A stretch of DNA of 63,159 nucleotides, the filler included, from Octopus bimaculoides (Eukaryota), in the NCBI RefSeq assembly GCF_001194135.2. It is 4 parts of 3 records of this genome, joined end to end, with 100 filler letters (N's around TTAATTAATTAA, not from the genome) between each part and the next. Parts side by side here need not be neighbours in the genome. Positions count along the whole stretch, not along the records: positions 1 to 27,692 come from NC_068986.1; 3 more parts are not named here. One strand, written 5' to 3'. Every line of letters starts with the position of its first letter. Position 1 is the stretch's first letter. The translations under genes were made by a program, and so were the position numbers. Below the pieces are notes generated by a model. It was given only the letters and a program-made list of their open reading frames with translations, did not search any database and was not told the origin of the DNA. Positions 1-13,196 of this stretch are shown piece by piece.

Positions 1-59
1 AGAGAAGAGAGGGGGAGACAGATAGACAGACAGCAACTGGCTCTTCTCTTCAGAAGATA

Positions 60-330
60 TTTTACTCCCAAACTTTATTGGTAATCTACAAAGACCAAGT
101 GACGTCTGCAACAGAGCCTTGCTCTCACATTTGGGACAGTTCTGTAGCTGCAAGCGGACGTTCCTATAACACATTTATAAAGGACAACTCTTTCCAGGAT
201 GCGATGGAAATCAGTCATAAGCACCCCTGACCCACGGGCTCTCTGTGTCTCCCCTCTCTGATCAAATCATTCCCTCAGATGTTAACATACAAATGTTCAA
301 AAATACATTAATGGCATCAGTCTCAATGAT
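60..330 (-). mobile_element. Possible L1/Tx1 ORF2 C-terminal remnant
   Basis: The reverse strand gives NCPKCES in a context resembling the zf-RVT region at ~24100-24200. Weak. Confidence 0.3.
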
Positions 331-413
331 CTAATAGTATAAGTTCCAAAGACTATGAGCACTATACTGCTCCAGAAACAGAAGGTAAGGTGTATGTGTA
401 TGTGTGAGTGTGC

Positions 414-456
<43 letters not shown>

Positions 457-591
457 CCTAGTATCTACTCTATCGATCTCTTTTGCCGAAGTGCTAATTT
501 GCAGTATCATAAACACACCAGCAGAGGTTATCAAGCGGTGACAGAGGAATAAACACAGACACACAGGCATATGTATACACACACACACGCG

Positions 592-636
<45 letters not shown>

Positions 637-637
637 G

Positions 638-676
<39 letters not shown>

Positions 677-2628
677 CCATTAATGTCAGACAATCTACTA
701 GTTTCCCAATGTATCTGAACCATATATCTAGCTTTATCTATATAAAAGGGTAGGTTGCAAGGTCGGTAGTAAGAAAACGTCTGATGGGGAAGGGGTGGTA
801 ACTGGAAGAAAGAAGAACATATTTAGATTATCAAATAAAGGGAAATACAATGAAAAAATCATGAGAGATAAGTAATATAGACTTTAGGGGTGGAAATTAG
901 AATTGAGAGATAGGGGTGGTAGTAAATTATTACTTAGCAAATAAATAATATTAAATTGAGAAAATTTTAATCAATATATAGAATAAGGATAGAAATTAAA
1001 CTTAAAACTTAATAGTGGGATACCTTAATGTATAAGAAAATTTATTAATAATATTCCAAGCATATTATTTAGAAGGTCATGATAATGACATTCTAAAATA
1101 AATGTATAGCACAATTAGAATATCATAAGGGTAGAAGTACATAGTACATTTTAAAGCAATGAAAAGAACTATTCTCTTCATTACAGGTGGATAAGTATAG
1201 GATATCGTAAAATATAGTATCGAATATAAGGGGTAAATGAATTAGAGGTATACTAAATGCATAAAGAAGCACAATCGGAAGCTACATCTTAACCGACTTG
1301 GACATGTAAACATTTAATGAATACAATACCATTTAATCCACCCAAGAGCAGATATCTTCATTGAGCTGGGTTACGTTGTCTACAAACTCGACAGGAACAT
1401 TGGGTACAAATACCCCTACATGGAGTCTTGATATTCAATATTCAAATAATATTGTTGGGATGTGCAAATTATACCGAACTAGCAAGGTCCCTCAATTTAA
1501 ATACCTAAATTCAACTGAGTCTTAACTATATATATATACGACGGGCTTCTTTCAGCTTCCGTCTACCGAATCCACTCGCTAAAGCTCCTATTGCCACCTT
1601 AAAATCTCTGAGAATAATACACTATATTGTAGGCAATCAAAAGAAAAATAATGAATCAAAAGAAAAATAATGAATCAGCAAGGTTGGTTAACTCGACTTT
1701 CAAGCTTAAAGTAAAATTAGAATATTTCACTTATTGCTCTCATCAGTGGACGTATTCCATAGGATAAATTTACGAGTATTTCAAAATATGCATGCGATCG
1801 GTGACATCGCATAACCAATATCCATCCACACTCGCAAAAATATACCACCAAGTATAATTCACATCCCTTTTTCGTACCCACGTGTAGTGTGTTAAGATCT
1901 AGAATATATATATATATATANNNNNNNNNNNNNNNNNNNNNNNNNNNNNNNNNNNNNNNNNNNNNNNNNNNNNNNNNNNNNNNNNNNNNNNNNNNNNNNN
2001 NNNNNNNNNNNNNNNNNNNNNNNNNNNNNNNNNNNNNNNNNNNNNNNNNNNNNNNNNNNNNNNNNNNNNNNNNNNNNNNNNNNNNNNNNNNNNNNNNNNN
2101 NNNNNNNNNNNNNNNNNNNNNNNNNNNNNNNNNNNNNNNNNNNNNNNNNNNNNNNNNNNNNNNNNNNNNNNNNNNNNNNNNNNNNNNNNNNNNNNNNNNN
2201 NNNNNNNNNNNNNNNNNNNNNNNNNNNNNNNNNNNNNNNNNNNNNNNNNNNNNNNNNNNNNNNNNNNNNNNNNNNNNNNNNNNNNNNNNNNNNNNNNNNN
2301 NNNNNNNNNNNNNNNNNNNNNNNNNNNNNNNNNNNNNNNNNNNNNNNNNNNNNNNNNNNNNNNNNNNNNNNNNNNNNNNNNNNNNNNNNNNNNNNNNNNN
2401 NNNNNNNNNNNNNNNNNNNNNNNNNNNNNNNNNNNNNNNNNNNNNNNNNNNNNNNNNNNNNNNNNNNNNNNNNNNNNNNNNNNNNNNNNNNNNNNNNNNN
2501 NNNNNNNNNNNNNNNNNNNNNNNNNNNNNNNNNNNNNNNNNNNNNNNNNNNNNNNNNNNNNNNNNNNNNNNNNNNNNNNNNNNNNNNNNNNNNNNNNNNN
2601 NNNNNNNNNNNNNNNNNNNNNNNNNNNN

Positions 2629-2668
<40 letters not shown>

Positions 2669-4348
2669 CATAACATCATATACACGTATCGATTGCACAT
2701 TCACAGAGTATGTGTTTATACGCCGAATTTACGGTGAGATAGCGTCTGGCAGAATCGTTATTTCGCCGGATGAAACGCTTAGCCTTATTCCAGTTGTAAA
2801 GAGAATCATTAGTGTTATTCACATTTTAAATTAAGCCTCTAGTTTTATTTTTAGCTTTATCATACTTAATATTCCTGTAGTGACTCGTATTGCTTATACA
2901 CTTATTATTGTCACTAGAGTGGAAGTTATAATCATAAGTGATACTACTTATTTTATTTTCATTATTATTTCTGAGGGAGCAGTTATGAGAACTATAATTA
3001 CGGTTAAAATAATTACTATAATTATTGCCTGCTATGTATAGTTACATCACTCCGATTATCACTGCCTTCTCTCGAACTCTGTATTCTTTATATTACACGC
3101 ACGTCTATTCTTTGGGTTGTGGGAAATCTCATCCATTGCACACTTCCTGTTGTATTTTCTCCCTTATTTCTAATTATTAGATGGCCGTCATTCTCCTACG
3201 TCACCCCTACCCTTACCTTATATATGATATTTATACTTAATGACACTCCCACTCTATATAATGCGTGTCTATATTTTTATAGGGTTTGTTTTTATTTCTT
3301 ACTCTTCGCCTCTGATATAAATAATGTGGCCCCTTTGATTACGTCTGTTGCACCAATATCTCTTATTACTTACCAATATAGTCGTTGTCTATAACTCTTG
3401 TGCGGACACTGGACAACTTGTACTGACTGACTCACCCATAGCCGTCTTAACCTCTCCCTCCTCTCCTTCATCCAACCAGTTCCTTTTCCCTCTTTGTTCT
3501 CTCTACCATTCCCTTGATCACTCGATCGTTTCCCCTCTACCTATATTTCCCAACACTTATACACTCACATCGCTTTTTCTCGCTTTCTTTCTACCCACCC
3601 CATCTTCGTACTTCAACACTTCTCGCTACAATCTTCCCTTTTCATCTCTAATGCTTTGGCCTAATATGTACTTATTTATAAACACTATCTACTGTCATAC
3701 ATTTGTCCTTCTCGAGAGGGAATGCCGTGACTGAGCTGCCTGATGCTATCAAAATCCGTGCTAGTTGATACTTTACATTATTTCAGGATTGCACCTGCTA
3801 TGCATTATTTCAACCAGTCACCGACTATTCGAAACAACTGTAACGATATAAAATGAATACCTCATGTAAATTGTACGCAACTTCTCGTATGTCTTTCACC
3901 AGATACCTTTTGTCTGTATTATTATTTCAACACGCGCGATTTCAATAATTATTCTAGTCGATTGTTCTACTTCTGGACTACCTCACCTAAACTTGCATTT
4001 TATCACCCATTGTTTATATATATTTCTATATAAACCATAAAATGTCAGGAAGTATGAGAAGTGAAAATATTTATTTAATCACTTGTCATCTTTATGATTA
4101 CAGACATTTTTTAGCCTTCTTCATACAATAATAATTTCAATGTACAATAATTTATATTTACATGTCTGCACTATTATTCATGCTTCGCATCATATAATGC
4201 ATATATACAAAGGGAAAATTTTGTTATGATACTTAGATATGAAGCATTGATGTAACCATGGTGTTCTGGTGCTCTGATGAGCTAGGTTTCTTTATCTTAC
4301 AATTTACCAATTCGATTATTCCTCCAGCATATTTGAACTGGTAAGAAG

Positions 4349-4652
4349 ACTGGTCTTCCATCGGTTACGAAGATGAGTGTTCCAGTTGATCCATTCAACA
4401 GAAAAGCCTTGTCGTGAAATTAACGTGTAAGTAGATGCCCATTCCATAGACACGCGAAACCTTAGCATAGTTCTCGCGAAGATTCAGCGTGACACTGAAA
4501 TGCAGATACTCCCCACTTTTTCTAGCTGAGAGGGCTGGAGCAACGTGAAATAAAGTGTCTTGCTCAAGGACACAACGTACTACCTGTTATCGAATTCCCG
4601 ACCTTAAGATTGTGAGCCGAATACTCTAACCACTAAGCAATGCGCCTCTACA
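4349..4652 (-). mobile_element. tRNA-headed SINE-C
   Basis: Reverse complement: gcgcattgcttagtggttagagtattcggctc...gggaattcgat...gtgtccttgagcaagacactttatttcacgttgctccag. Related head at 62395-62497 (+) and 3' part at 62927-63065 (-). Confidence 0.78.
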
Positions 4653-5060
4653 CATCACTGCTTAGTTCTGTCACCCCGTACTTTATTTACAGCGAGCCAC
4701 CGAATGGTGCAGCCAACCATTAAATGATAGCAGGAGTATCATAACAGTAACCTGTCTCTGAAGTCAGTTCACCTTTCCAGCCTCTGTTAGTGAGGAGGAG
4801 ATAACCATTCCGAAATGCATGCATCCAACAGTCTGGTTAGGGAACGCTGTGAACTGACTCGGTGTATTTACAATTATTTGTCTCTACATGACAAAATAAG
4901 TGAATGGCTTTCATACTGTTTTGAATATGGCTTGAGCATATTTGAACGGGTAACTAGTTTGTATTGATAAAAATAAAGTACCAGTCAATACTGGGGTCGA
5001 TGTAAGCCTCTACCCAACTTCCCTTAAAAACTACTAGCCCTGAGCCAAAATTCGAAGCAA

Positions 5061-5207
5061 TTATTACTACTACTACTACTACTACTACTATTACTGCTGC
5101 TGCTGCTGCTGCTGCTGCCACTACCACTACTATTATTACTACTACTATTATTATTGAGGGAGAGAGAGCAGTGCATGTCATCAAAGTGACACTATTATTA
5201 TTATTAT

Positions 5208-5264
<57 letters not shown>

Positions 5265-5480
5265 GTAGGTGGCGAGCTTGCGCAATCGTTAGCACACCGG
5301 ATAAATTGCTTAGCGGCATTTCCTCCGTCTTCGTGTTCCGAGTTCATATTCTGGGAAATTCGCCTTTGAGGCGATAAAATAGGTACCAGTTGAGTGCTTG
5401 GTTTGATGCAATTGGCTATCCCCCTCCCCACAAATTCCAAGCCTTGTGCCTATTGTAGAAATGATTATTATTATTATTAT

Positions 5481-5522
<42 letters not shown>

Positions 5523-5640
5523 TAGTAGCAGCAGCAGCAGCAGCAGCAGCAGAGGGAGGTACAGGAAAAAGAAGAGAAGAGGAGGGGGAGGAGGTATAGC
5601 AGCAGTAGATGATAACGATGATGATGATGATGGAAGAAGA
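5061..5640. repeat. Two compound trinucleotide arrays (TAC/TGC/TAT/CAT; ATT/AGT/AGC/GAT) around a SINE-B
   Basis: Directly visible repeats at 5061-5264 and 5462-5640. Confidence 0.95.
5266..5461 (+). mobile_element. SINE-B, diverged (tail type 1)
   Basis: ggtggcgagctt...cgttagcacaccgg...ccttgtgcctattgtagaaat, then an (ATT)n-derived array. Confidence 0.75.
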
Positions 5641-5903
5641 TGAAGTGAAAAAGAGTAGCAGGCGCAAGAAGAGGAATGTTCATGTATAAAGATGTGTGTG
5701 TATGTGGTTGCGTGTTTGTGTATGTGCGTGTGTGCGTGTGTGTGTGTGTGTATATCGATTTTTGCCTGCAAACGGTATTATTTTTCAGTATCAAATTGGT
5801 ATTTACAAATGTATAACATATTCTATATGCGTATATTTGTGCATGTGCATACATGTGTATGCATATATATGTATGCATACATGTGTATATATGTATGCAT
5901 ATA

Positions 5904-5944
<41 letters not shown>

Positions 5945-6122
5945 GTGTGTGTGTATACACATGTATATATATATATGTGCGTATATATTGTGTGCATGTG
6001 TGTATGAATTTATGCGTGTGTCTATGTATGAATATAAACGCAGATTTATTCGGCTTTAAATGGAAACACGTGGAAGAACGCTTAGGCATGTGTAGGCAGT
6101 TATAGAGGATCCATACACATAG

Positions 6123-6166
<44 letters not shown>

Positions 6167-6484
6167 GACTTCTTATGGATACAGACTTCTAATCATAGTC
6201 CACTATACACTTGGATACATACATCCACACACACACACACATACACAAACACACACACATATATCAGCTTATTTCTATATACGTCTATGTATATTTACAT
6301 GCAGACATGCACTTGCGCACGCGCTCACGCGCTCACGCACGCACGCTCGCGCGCACACACAATCATATATATATCCGTATCGGCTCATCCTTATGAACGT
6401 CGATATACGTAATGGTGTACTCTGCATTACATTACATTGCAGTCACACATTTTACCAAATACCTAAATTAAAAACTGTTGCAAG

Positions 6485-6577
6485 CTCTGCAAAATGGAGG
6501 AGACTGGTGCTGGCGGACGTCAAACATGATCCAGATATGTCACGGCCAATACAATCTGTCAATGGAGAACGCCATGC
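6485..6577 (+). other. Candidate host exon (93 nt), gene unknown
   Basis: Weak acceptor tgcaag|, donor |gtaagt. GC-richer unique sequence, two open frames (LQNGGDWCWRTSNMIQICHGQYNLSMENAM or SAKWRRLVLADVKHD...). Confidence 0.22.
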
Positions 6578-8264
6578 GTAAGTTTAACTTCAGTGCTACG
6601 GGTCCGTTGAGGCAATGAATAGTTCATGACAGTCGGCCATTTCTCTACGCTGATTGATGCTGCAGCTCATAGTAAGGTCAACAGTGTCTATTGCTGTCCT
6701 CTCTTCCTTTTTTTCCCCTTTTATTCTTTCTCTCTTTGTTATTCTTCATCTATCTCTATATCTCTCTCCCTTACGCCTTCGCCATTCTCACTCTTTTCTT
6801 TTTATGAAGTTATTGGCAAATGGAAAAAGAAATCTTTCTACCGTCTTATGAATCAAGATCGCTTGTTTCTATTATTCAGCCAGCCGCGCTAGTTAGCTGA
6901 TTGAGCGAGATCTCGTGATATTTCACCGGATGGGCATACGTCAGAAGGTGCTGCCAAAAGGAATATGGTCTGAATATGGTTTGGTTCGCATCCGTGTTCA
7001 GTTTCTTAACAGCAAACTTCTTTCTGACTATTCAGCGTGATTCAAGTGTGAACGATCATCAACAAGCAACATTGCAAGTGGCGATAAAGAACGCAATCAC
7101 TGGATAAACACATAGTATAGTGATATATTGATGATGAGCGAGAAAGGAAAATTAGTCTTTTTAAGGACAACAGAGAACGTTGTGATATATCGGCTTGTGA
7201 TTTCATTTGTCAAAACAAATTTTATACAGTTTTGTATTAGATAAAGAAATCACCTTATATTTTAGTGAGTCTGTAGAAAGACATATCTCATATCTCAGCA
7301 ACAAAGGTTTATCTTTTGATAACAATCAACAAAAGCAGACGTTTAATTACAATAATCTATGTTCTCTGATCTGCTGACTCAGCTTCTTTCAAATATTCAT
7401 TCAATATGGAAGGCTATAGAAAATCCTTTAGATCCTGTCTATTCTATTTTCTGGTTTATCTATGTAGCATAAAACGGATGTAGTACATATTTCCCACTAC
7501 CATTATCACTGCTTCCATCATAACCACCACCACTACTACTACTATCGCCGCTATTACCATCACCACTACCACCGTCGCAACTACGACTCTCACCACAACT
7601 ACACATGTATAGCTGGATAGGAGAATGTATTGCAGACTAGTGTTTATTTTCCAACTGAATAAACATGTTAAATCATATTAAATTGCTTTAAATCGGATAC
7701 AATGACCTGGGTGTTAATGTACTGAACTACTGGACTATCAAATAAACTACCACGAGTTCAAATATTGCCCATGGCATTATATCGTAGCAATTTAATAGAA
7801 GATGTCTCGTCCATTCTCTCTGGTCTCAGTCGACTACCAACGTTGATGGACAACTCCACATCTTTAAAAAATAACTCAAAGCATTACGAAAGACTCCTGA
7901 TTACATATTTCAGTTGGTAGTGTTTTAAATTGCCGACATTGCGTTAAGAATGTAATAAGACTCAACGTGTTACTTTTTTATATGAGCTGATATTCAGCTT
8001 CTGAAATAACAAGTCGGCAACCAAATGACAAAGTAGCTACCTCCACACGAGTCGAGACAAAACAAAAAAGTTAGATTGAATTACACCAAATAGTTCGACG
8101 TGAGTAAAGTTTTAATTTTTGAGATATTGGGACATAGGGAATATCGAAACACTAAAAATACACTTGTATACTTTATTCAACACATACACAAACTCATATA
8201 GACGCAAATACACCTGAAGAAACACACGCACACATACTCAAACTCGTACGCCCAGAGCACACAT

Positions 8265-8284
8265 ATCTACTACTACTACTACTG

Positions 8285-8349
<65 letters not shown>

Positions 8350-8465
8350 TCTGCTGCCGCTGCTACTACTATTACTACTACTGCCACCACCACCACCACT
8401 AATGCTATTGGTACAACTATTAGTAATACTGATGATGATGATGATGACGACGATGACAATGATGA
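8265..8465. repeat. Compound (TAC)n(TGC)n(CAC)n(GAT)n array
   Basis: Directly visible. Confidence 0.95.
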
Positions 8466-9357
8466 GGATAATTCTACTGTTATTTCGGACTCAAGTACGA
8501 CATTGTGGCATATACCAAGCTTTCGTTCATTGTAGTCAGGACAAACACAAGTATCTCCCCGTCCCGGCCCTCTTATTTTGACTCAGCAAAACATCCAGGT
8601 TGTGACAGCTGGGGATCGGGGTGAGAAAGACCGCAAACACATTTTTTTTTCGCCCTTGAAACATTGAAAAGTTGAAAGGCAAAGCTAGCCACTGCGAAAT
8701 TTGAGCACAGATCGGAGAGTAAAACAAATATCGCAGCCCATCTCATCTTCTAATCTTAACTGACACAAAAGATTCCTCTTTCCCTAGAAAATAATCATCA
8801 GGAAAATACATACAGAAAGATTATTTTTGCATCGGAGAGGAAGGTTTACTTTAGTTGTTCGTAATCCTTTTGATTTCATAGCACTCTGAAGATGAAGTAA
8901 AAGAATGGCGTGCCACACACGGGATGTTTTTAAAAAATTTGCTAAAGTTAAACACTTGGAAGAAAATAAAGTGATAACTTACCTCCCTTTCAGTCATACT
9001 TAAGTTTAATACAATTATATATAACGCATCTTTCAAGAGTTCTGCCATGGAAATTCTAAAGATTTAAATATCACTTACAGCACAATAATGTACAACTGCG
9101 TATAGATCGAGAACTACAACTTTACGAAGTTGCAAGACTTGGTCAAAATAGTAGCTTAATCACTTTGTAAACATAAATAAGGGAAGATACATCGGATAGG
9201 ACACCCCTACATAAAGAGACGAAAATATGGCAGACGGAATGTTTTGGTCATTGAACAGCTGAATCAGAAATAACCTGGGATAAAATGATACCATTCAACG
9301 CAGACACACACGTGCGCATACATACAAATATTAATACATACATACATACATACATAC

Positions 9358-11133
9358 CAAGATTACACACTGTTTCTTTGTGGATGACTTAAAACTTTAT
9401 GCAAAGAATATGCACGAGATGAAAAGAGCCTTTACCTAGTTACAATATTCTCAAAAGATGCAGGGTTGGAGTTGGTCTGGATAAATGTTGTTATATGGCT
9501 GTGAAAAGGGGGAAAACTATAAACCAGACTAGTAACATCTCCATTAACTATTTGACTGTTTCCCCTGTATCTGACGAGGAATGTTACAGACATCTAGGGG
9601 TGGATGAAAATATATCTTACAATGGCACCTGTAACAAAACACGGGTTACTAAAGAATATTACAGTCGAAAAAAAGAAAATTTGGATCTCAGAACTCGCTG
9701 CATTCACTAAAACAGTGGCCTACAATGTGTTTGCAGTGCCAGTACTCATACCAACATTTGGGCTGCTTAATTGGACGCTTGATGAGATCCGAGCCATTGA
9801 TGTGAAAACCCGAAAAATACTAACACGCACATAATTTTCACATAAACAGTTATGTTGACCGCCTCTACCTAAAATGAAAACAAGGTGGAAGAGGTTTAAC
9901 ATCGATCCAAAATGCCTTCGAATGTCACATAATATTCCTTCGGCAACATCTTTTAACCACCATGTTTCGAAGTGCATCCCTTGACCAAGTTTGTATACAT
10001 GAGGTTGATAACATCATAAGACTTCAAAGGCTCCTTGAGCAACATTCTTTGTCTGATAACCTAGAATACATGCCCAAAGAAGTCGCACGACTTTACCGCA
10101 ACGATGAAAAGAGGAGCCTATATGAGAAGACTATGCATGGATATGTTACTAGAAAGCTCTGTGATGATAGTAACATCGATCATCAAAGCGATTTCATGGA
10201 CTAATAGCCGGATTACTACTTCCCACTTTGAAGGGTATGCATTTGCAATCCAGGAACAGGAAATATCAACCAAGTACCTGATGCACAAAAGGGATAGAGA
10301 TTCAGGTAAAGCCGTAAAGAGTGACAACCGATGCAGACTTTGTGGAGCTCACACTGAAGATATCACCCACAGTATAAGCAGTTGTCCGAAAATATCATCA
10401 CAGTATTATCAGCCGATGAGACATGATGTTGTAGCTAGGACACTCTATAATGAAATCCGTCGGAAGGATAATCTCGAGGACAAAGAAATAAGAACCCACA
10501 ATATGGTAGAAGCCATGGCCACTCATAATAAACAGGAATACTGATGGAATGTACCAGTCAAGACCTCAATAAAATGTAAGTACAACAGACCTGATATAAT
10601 GATTTGGGACAGAGAAAAGAAACTGTGCACAGTTGCGGAAATTAACTGCCCAGCGGATGTTAACATAAAGCTGAAGATCAGTGACAAAGAGAACACTTAT
10701 GCTGAACTATTGAGAAATCTGCAGTTACTCTATCCAAATTACAAGTTCAGGTTTATACCTGTAATTATTGGAGCCCAGGGATATGTAACACACTGCCTAA
10801 ATACCAGTCTTGAGAAATTAGGCTAATTCGAAGAGTACCGATCCAAGCCCTCACTGGAACTGTAAAAATCTGTAAAACTTTCCAGAAGTTTATCATTTAC
10901 ATATGTATGAGCATGTCTACATATGCAACTATATGCATGAGAATACAGACATAAAACACACAAATCTTCGCATACATATATGCACATATGCATACATACA
11001 TGCATGCATACATACACACAAACAAAAGTACTCTGTTGTTGATGTTGAAATTCCAATGAAGGAGCCTTGGATCTAGGTTAGAAACCGTTTCTTTCTCTAT
11101 TGGCAAGAAATCTTGAAATAAACTGAATAATAA
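9358..11133 (+). mobile_element. 5'-truncated, frameshifted R4/Dong-like (RLE-type) non-LTR retrotransposon, 'Dong-A'
   Basis: Translates across frameshifts to RT motif ITHCFFVDDLKLYAK (9361-9408), YRHLGVDE, GGRGL thumb, CCHC knuckle CRLCGAHTEDITHSISSC, RHD motif, and RLE nuclease NRPDIMIWDREKKLCTVAEINCP. A 3' UTR follows. Flanked on both sides by (TACA)n. Confidence 0.9.
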
Positions 11134-11197
11134 CATACATACATACATACATACATACATACATACATACATACATACATACATACATACATACATA

Positions 11198-11502
11198 GGA
11201 GAAAGCTGATTCGAAGACTACAAGTCATCAACAGAACTGTAAGAATTTGTAAAACTTTTCAGAAGTTTATCATTTAAGCATATATGCTCATGTTTTGACA
11301 TGCAACTATATGCATGAGAATACATACATAAATCAAAAGATATAAATCTGCACATGCACTGACTCCAAATTCTGAATATATACGCACACATACATGCAAA
11401 AATACCCTGTTGATATTGAAATTCCAATGAAGAAGCCTTGGATCAAGGTCACAAACAGGCTCCTTCACTATTGACAAGAAATCTTGAAATAAAACTGAAT
11501 GA
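11198..11502 (+). mobile_element. Dong-A 3'-end fragment
   Basis: Matches the ORF end and 3' UTR of 10820-11133 (ctaattcgaagactac...aaatcttgaaataaaactgaat). Preceded and followed by (CATA)n. Confidence 0.85.
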
Positions 11503-12448
11503 CATACATGCATACATACATTCATACATTCATACATACATACACACATACAAACATACCTACACACATGCCTACGTACGTACGCATACATACATACATA
11601 CATACATACATACATACATACATACATACATGCAAAGATATTCATGCAGAAAAACAACGTAGACACAACCAAATTGATTATGTCAATGCTATCACCTTCC
11701 ACTATTATATCTATATCTCTTATCCATCAAAAGTTTTGCAACAGCAAGTTCAATACATTCTTAAAGTGTAAACGAAGGCACAAACCTCCTGGCTTAAGAA
11801 TCCAGAACGACACAAAAACATAAATCCTATCCTCTCGAGCCTAGTGGAAAACTAACGAGAGATATTTAACCTCTTTACTTACAGATTTTAAAATTTATGT
11901 AAGGTTTCAGTACCAAGACATTAAGAACAAGTCAAATACGTAATTTTATTATTGAAAATTGTAACTGAACATAATTTTAAATGGTTCCTCATTCTATAGA
12001 TTGTCTTACATTATCTCGCAAAGCTTCAGAATTAATTGTTCTGGGATAATGGCAGACACTTTAAACTCCATTGTTAGCAGTGTTCGACAACAATAACTCT
12101 GAAGAAGGAAAAAACAGTATTTGAATTAATAACAAATGTTAAGTCCCCTACTAAATATCTTCATATATTGTATGGATGTTTACTAGTTACCCGTGCTTTT
12201 GTTTTTGTTGTTGTGGTTGATACTAATAATATCGATGTTGTTGTTCTTCGTGATATCGTTTATTTTATGTTGTTAATGTTGTTGATTTGCAGCACTTTTT
12301 TTTTTCAAGTATTTCATATAAATAAGTGACAAATGGAATTGTTTTATATCGTTCCTTGCTGAAAATTAGAAATTTTCGTTTAGTTTCGAAACACTTAAGT
12401 CTACTTAGAAATGTTTCATTATTTGAATCAGCCATCAGACATAAGACA

Positions 12449-12458
12449 AACACACACA

Positions 12459-12530
<72 letters not shown>

Positions 12531-12888
12531 CACACACGCACGCACACACACACACACACACAGACACACGCACACACATTAAACCTGTACACATGCGTAA
12601 TATATCTGTGAGTGCTTACGCATGTCTGTGCACACAACACGCGTAAGAATGTTCATATATATGCGCATCTGTGCGAGGTACGCACACGCATACACTTACA
12701 CATACACATGCAAATATATGTGCGCCTTAATGTATGCATGTATATATGTATGCGTATACAGATGTTTTGAAATACGATATATGAACTTCGTTTATGAATA
12801 TTTTATAAAATATTTAATGCATTTATGCGTGCATATGTACATACATACATACTCACATACATACATGCATACATACATACATAAATAC

Positions 12889-12919
<31 letters not shown>

Positions 12920-12943
12920 CATGTATATTTTAAATACATATGA

Positions 12944-13005
<62 letters not shown>

Positions 13006-13196
13006 CATGCATATATATATATATATATACATATACTTGCATGTATGCATGCATATACATACATGTATACATGTGTACATGCATACACATACATATATAT
13101 ATACACACACAAGCTTTTGTGTATGTATGTGTGTATGTGCATGTATGCATATACGTACGTACGTATGTATGTATGTATGTATGTATGTATGTATAT
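12449..13196. repeat. Microsatellite cluster (CA, CT, TA, TACA, TATG)
   Basis: Directly visible; includes a long (CT)n at ~12461-12526 and (TA)n at ~12945-13002. Confidence 0.95.

Noticed and set aside
780-1500. AT-rich, strand-biased segment that might be a PLE 3' region
   Set aside because: Only a vague GLN-type ending on the minus strand; no convincing motif.
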